From contig OZ024741.1 in assembly GCA_964016885.1 (NCBI GenBank), positions 323,330,001-323,394,000 on the forward strand: a stretch of DNA of 64,000 nt. The letters are read 5' to 3'. The stretch's first letter is position 1. The number at the start of each line of letters is the position of its first letter. This stretch comes from Eledone cirrhosa. Taxonomy: Eukaryota. This document shows, in pieces, positions 60,371 through 64,000 of this stretch. The notes under the pieces were generated by a model. It searched no databases, had not been told where the DNA came from, and saw nothing but the letters and a program-made list of their open reading frames with translations. The position numbers and the translations under genes were made by a program.

Positions 60371-61120
60371 ATAAAAAAAACATACAGAGGCGAGAATAGA
60401 AGTTATACACAATCAGTAAATTAGTAAAGAGAGAGAGAGAGAGAGTGAGAAAGAGAAAAAGAGAGAGAACATGAGAGACAAAGAAAAAGAGACGGGTATG
60501 AGGTCTGGAGTAGACAAGAAGAGACAGAAACACCAGAACAGGTTTGTGTGAGAGAGAGGGAGAGAGAAGGAGAGAGAGAGAGTTGGAGTAAGAGAGAGAA
60601 GCCAAAAAATTCAAGAGGTTTGTGTGAGAGAGAAAGTGAGAGAGAGATAGAAAGATAGAAAGAATGTGTAAAGTTGGTGTAGGTGAGAGGAACATGTTTC
60701 TAAGATATATATATATACACACACACACACATATATATATATATAGAGAGAGAGAGGGAGAGAGAGATTTGGAGTAGGCAAGAAGACAGGAAAAGCAGGA
60801 GGAGAGGGCAGCTTTGTTGACAAAGATGGCCGTGTGTTATAATCATGTTATTGAGTCTCAAGACACAACATTTGTTGATGTCAAAGGAGGCAGAAAACAG
60901 CAAGAGCATAACATTCTTACATTAACCATTAGAATCCATTTCTGTAGATGTCTGATAATATAGAACCACAATAAAACCTACACAGGTGGTTATATAATAC
61001 ATAGACAGCTATCTACCTATATCTATAGACAGCTATCTACCTATATCCATACTCGGACAATATAAACAATACCGTCTATCTATATGTATGTCTAGCTATC
61101 TACTAACCTACCTATCTGCA

Positions 61121-61163
<43 letters not shown>

Positions 61164-61425
61164 CTATCTATTAAAAAACAATTTTAAAGAGGACGTGGGT
61201 CCCCCCTGCGTCGGGCCCATTAACCGCGTCCTCCTAAAAAACTATCCCACCCCCTCCCCAAACACCCACACAACTCCAAGCTCCCCAACCACACAACACA
61301 CTGATGCCCCTACACTTCCACAAACCACCACCCCACCCAACAACCCATCCCCCACCCTAATGGAAATTGTGCAGCCCGATACCCGGGACGCAGAGAGGTA
61401 AGTGCCTTTTCTCTTCACCACCAAC

Positions 61426-64000
61426 ATGGCTATGCTAAGAGTAGGCTGTTTAAATGCGCGTGGCCTGGGCTCAACTTGGAAGCAAGCAATGCTTCTAAAT
61501 GACCTCAGGTCACAACGTATAGATGTGATGGTTATTTGCGAGGCCCGGATCAGCAACGTGCGACAGCTGGCCCCCACCTTTGATGACTTTGAGATGCACG
61601 CATATCTCTGTCAGCCCGGAGGTGGGGGTGGAGTTGTCGTTCTGCTGCAAAAACATCTGGGTCTCGCAACACAGATGGTACATTTGGACCTGGAGGGTCG
61701 ACTAGTGGTTCTGGACCTTGGCAGTGGTAAAGGCGGAGCGTTTAGGTTGGTAGCCGCCTACGGCCCTTTCGGGTCAATGCGGCCGGACTTCTTCCATCGT
61801 CTGGAGACTTTTCTAGGGACGTCCCGCTCCTTGCTATTAGTGGGGGACTGGAATGGTATCCTAGATGCACGCTGGGACTACGTAGGGGCCTGTCCCGATA
61901 GAGAGGGGTGTAATAGCCTCAAAGGGTTAATCGGTCGATTTGACCTGGCCGATAGATATCGACTAGATTTTCCGACTGCGCCAACCTGGACTTGGGCAAA
62001 TCGTAGCGGAACATCTAGGTCGTACCTAGATAGGTTCTTAGTTAGAATTAAGGATAAGGACTTTTAAGTTGTCCAAAAATGCGCATGGTTGGCTATTCAG
62101 ACCACAAATTAGTGACCTGCATGGTCAACCTTGACAGAACTCATAGACAGGGACCCGGTTACTGGAAGCTCAACTTGTCCTTACCGGCAAGTAAGGCTTA
62201 CAGGAACCGGATTAGCACTTTAGTTAAGGAGCGGTTGACGGGCGCCATCGTCAACAGCAGGTGGTGGGGATCTCTCAAAAGAGAGATTAGAGTAGTCTCT
62301 ATAGAATTTAGTAAGGAGTTAGCCTCCAATAGAAATAGGAAGGAAAGGGAGTTGGTAGATAGTGTAGAAGAGGCAATTAGAAGCGGCGACGTGGCCAGAG
62401 TGCTAGCGTCGAGAACGGCCCTGGGCCAGTTCTTCGACGCGAAACACGAAGGCTGCATCGTCCGAAGCAAAATACGTGCTCTGGGAAACGAGGGGACCAA
62501 AGCTGTTAGCTGGGCCCGCGTGACAGAAGCCAAAAGAGGGAGCAGATCCACTATCCGGTCTTTGCGAGACCAGGATGGACGGGCGATCCTTGAACCTAAG
62601 CAGATGTGCGAGGCTTTTCAAAAGCACTTTGCCGAATTGTTCGGAAGGGGCGGGGGGCCGGTTGGGGACGTGGACTTCGGTCCATACCTCGACGGCCTGC
62701 CGCTCTCGGACAGGGAGGCGAAGTCCTGCGAGGAGCCGATTTCAGCCGCTGAGATAGAGGACGTGCTGAGCCAATGCGGCAAACGCAAATCCCCGGGTCT
62801 CGATGGTCTTCCATACGAACTATATCTAGCTATGCCGGACTTGTTCCCCGAACTCCTCGAGGCGGTCTACTGCAACTGGCGACAGAACGGGAGAATTCCC
62901 TGTGCTGTGACCAAGGGCGTAGTCACGCTAGTGAGGAAGGACGAGAACAAGGGGGACGATATAAATAATTTCAGGCCCATAACTCTGCTAAATACAGAGT
63001 TACAGATTTTGGCCAAGGTACTAGCAAAGAGGTTGGCGCTTGTCGTGGGCAACCTGGTGGGAGATGCGCAGACATGTGCTATCCCGTCCAGGTCCATCCA
63101 CGATAACCTCCACCTCATGCGATACATCATAGAGAGGGTTGGGAACGAACCCGGCTTTGGTGGGGCCCTGATCAACTTGGATCAATCTAAGGCATTCGAT
63201 AGGGTCGACCATGGTTACCTGGATGCGGTGCTAGCGGCGGCAGGCTTCGGACCCGTTTTCAGGGGCTGGATCAATGCCATGCACAGCAGCCGCATCTGCT
63301 CTAGGGTCAAGGTGAACGGCTACCTCTCGGAGCCGTTCGAAATCGCGCGGTCCATTCGACAGGGGTGCCCTCTCTCCTCCCTTCTGTATGTAGTGACTCT
63401 AGAGCCACTGCTGCGGAAGTTGGAGTTGTTGCAGGGCATCCCGTTGGAACCGGGATTGCGGAAAGCGGTGTCAGCCTACGCCGATGACGTAACAGTAATG
63501 GTGTCGACGGCCTCGGAAATCGGGGCGATCGGCACCTTACTGGAGGAGTACGAAAGGTTTACAGGGGCTAAGCTGAACCGGGACAAGTCGATCGGTCTGC
63601 AACTCGGCACGTGGAGGGGCAGATCGATGCCCTCCGATGGCGTCGTCGGGCGCTGGACGGAGGGCCCGGTGAAATTGCTCGGGGTCTGGTTCGGACCAGA
63701 CCTCCAGGTGGAGAAGAACTGGGGTGAGGTGACGAGCAGGGTGTTTGCACTGACCCAGAAGTGGGCCGAGTGCAAACTGTCCCTGAAAGGTCGGGCGGAG
63801 GTGGCGAACACTTATATAGCGTCTGTCATCTACTACCGCCTGACCGTGGTGCCTTACCCAAGGGAAACGCTCGCCAAAATGGAGCGCGCACTCTTCCAAT
63901 TCCTTTGGAAGAAGCGGGCTCCTATGGTGAGGAGATCCATCTGCTGTCAACACCCTTCGAAAGGAGGGCTGGGGATGCCGTGGCTGATGATACGTAAACA
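61426..64000 (+). mobile_element. Tx1-like (L1 group) LINE ORF2, APE endonuclease + RT, frameshift near 62060-62067, runs off window; probable ORF1 tail ~61195-61401
   Basis: CLNARGL, GDWNGILD, SYLDRFL, then in the shifted frame SDHK, GYWKLN, KSPGLDGLPYE, FRPITLLN, LDQSKAFDRVDH, RQGCPLS, YADDV. Confidence 0.92.

Overview
Repeat-dense, non-genic animal DNA. The SINE/LINE families and very long (TA)n tracts suggest a cephalopod such as Octopus (inference). No host protein gene is supported, and almost all long ORFs in the track are microsatellite or satellite artefacts. Contents: a 10-bp satellite (1-812 and 31462-44883), two 5'-truncated CR1/L2-group LINEs, an RTE fragment, a near-intact Tx1-like LINE, decayed Tc1/mariner, hATm-like and Chapaev-like transposases, two Helitrons, several MITEs and many tRNA-derived SINEs. 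The main hidden signal is about 20 type I hammerhead ribozyme (HHR) motifs, read by eye, from about 11 unrelated sequence families in small Penelope-like (PLE)/retrozyme-type elements. Most of their 3' ends abut (TA)n tracts. Many are arranged as divergent pairs in long palindromes or inverted repeats. Two families carry the rare compensatory U3-A8 core (UUGANAA) and two carry a C4 core (CCGANGA). One element is a partial tandem with two HHRs exactly 595 nt apart, a candidate circular-RNA-producing retrozyme. A PLE GIY-YIG C-terminal remnant (24751-24903, minus strand) ties this architecture to Penelope-like elements. All folds are manual predictions and no activity is demonstrated.
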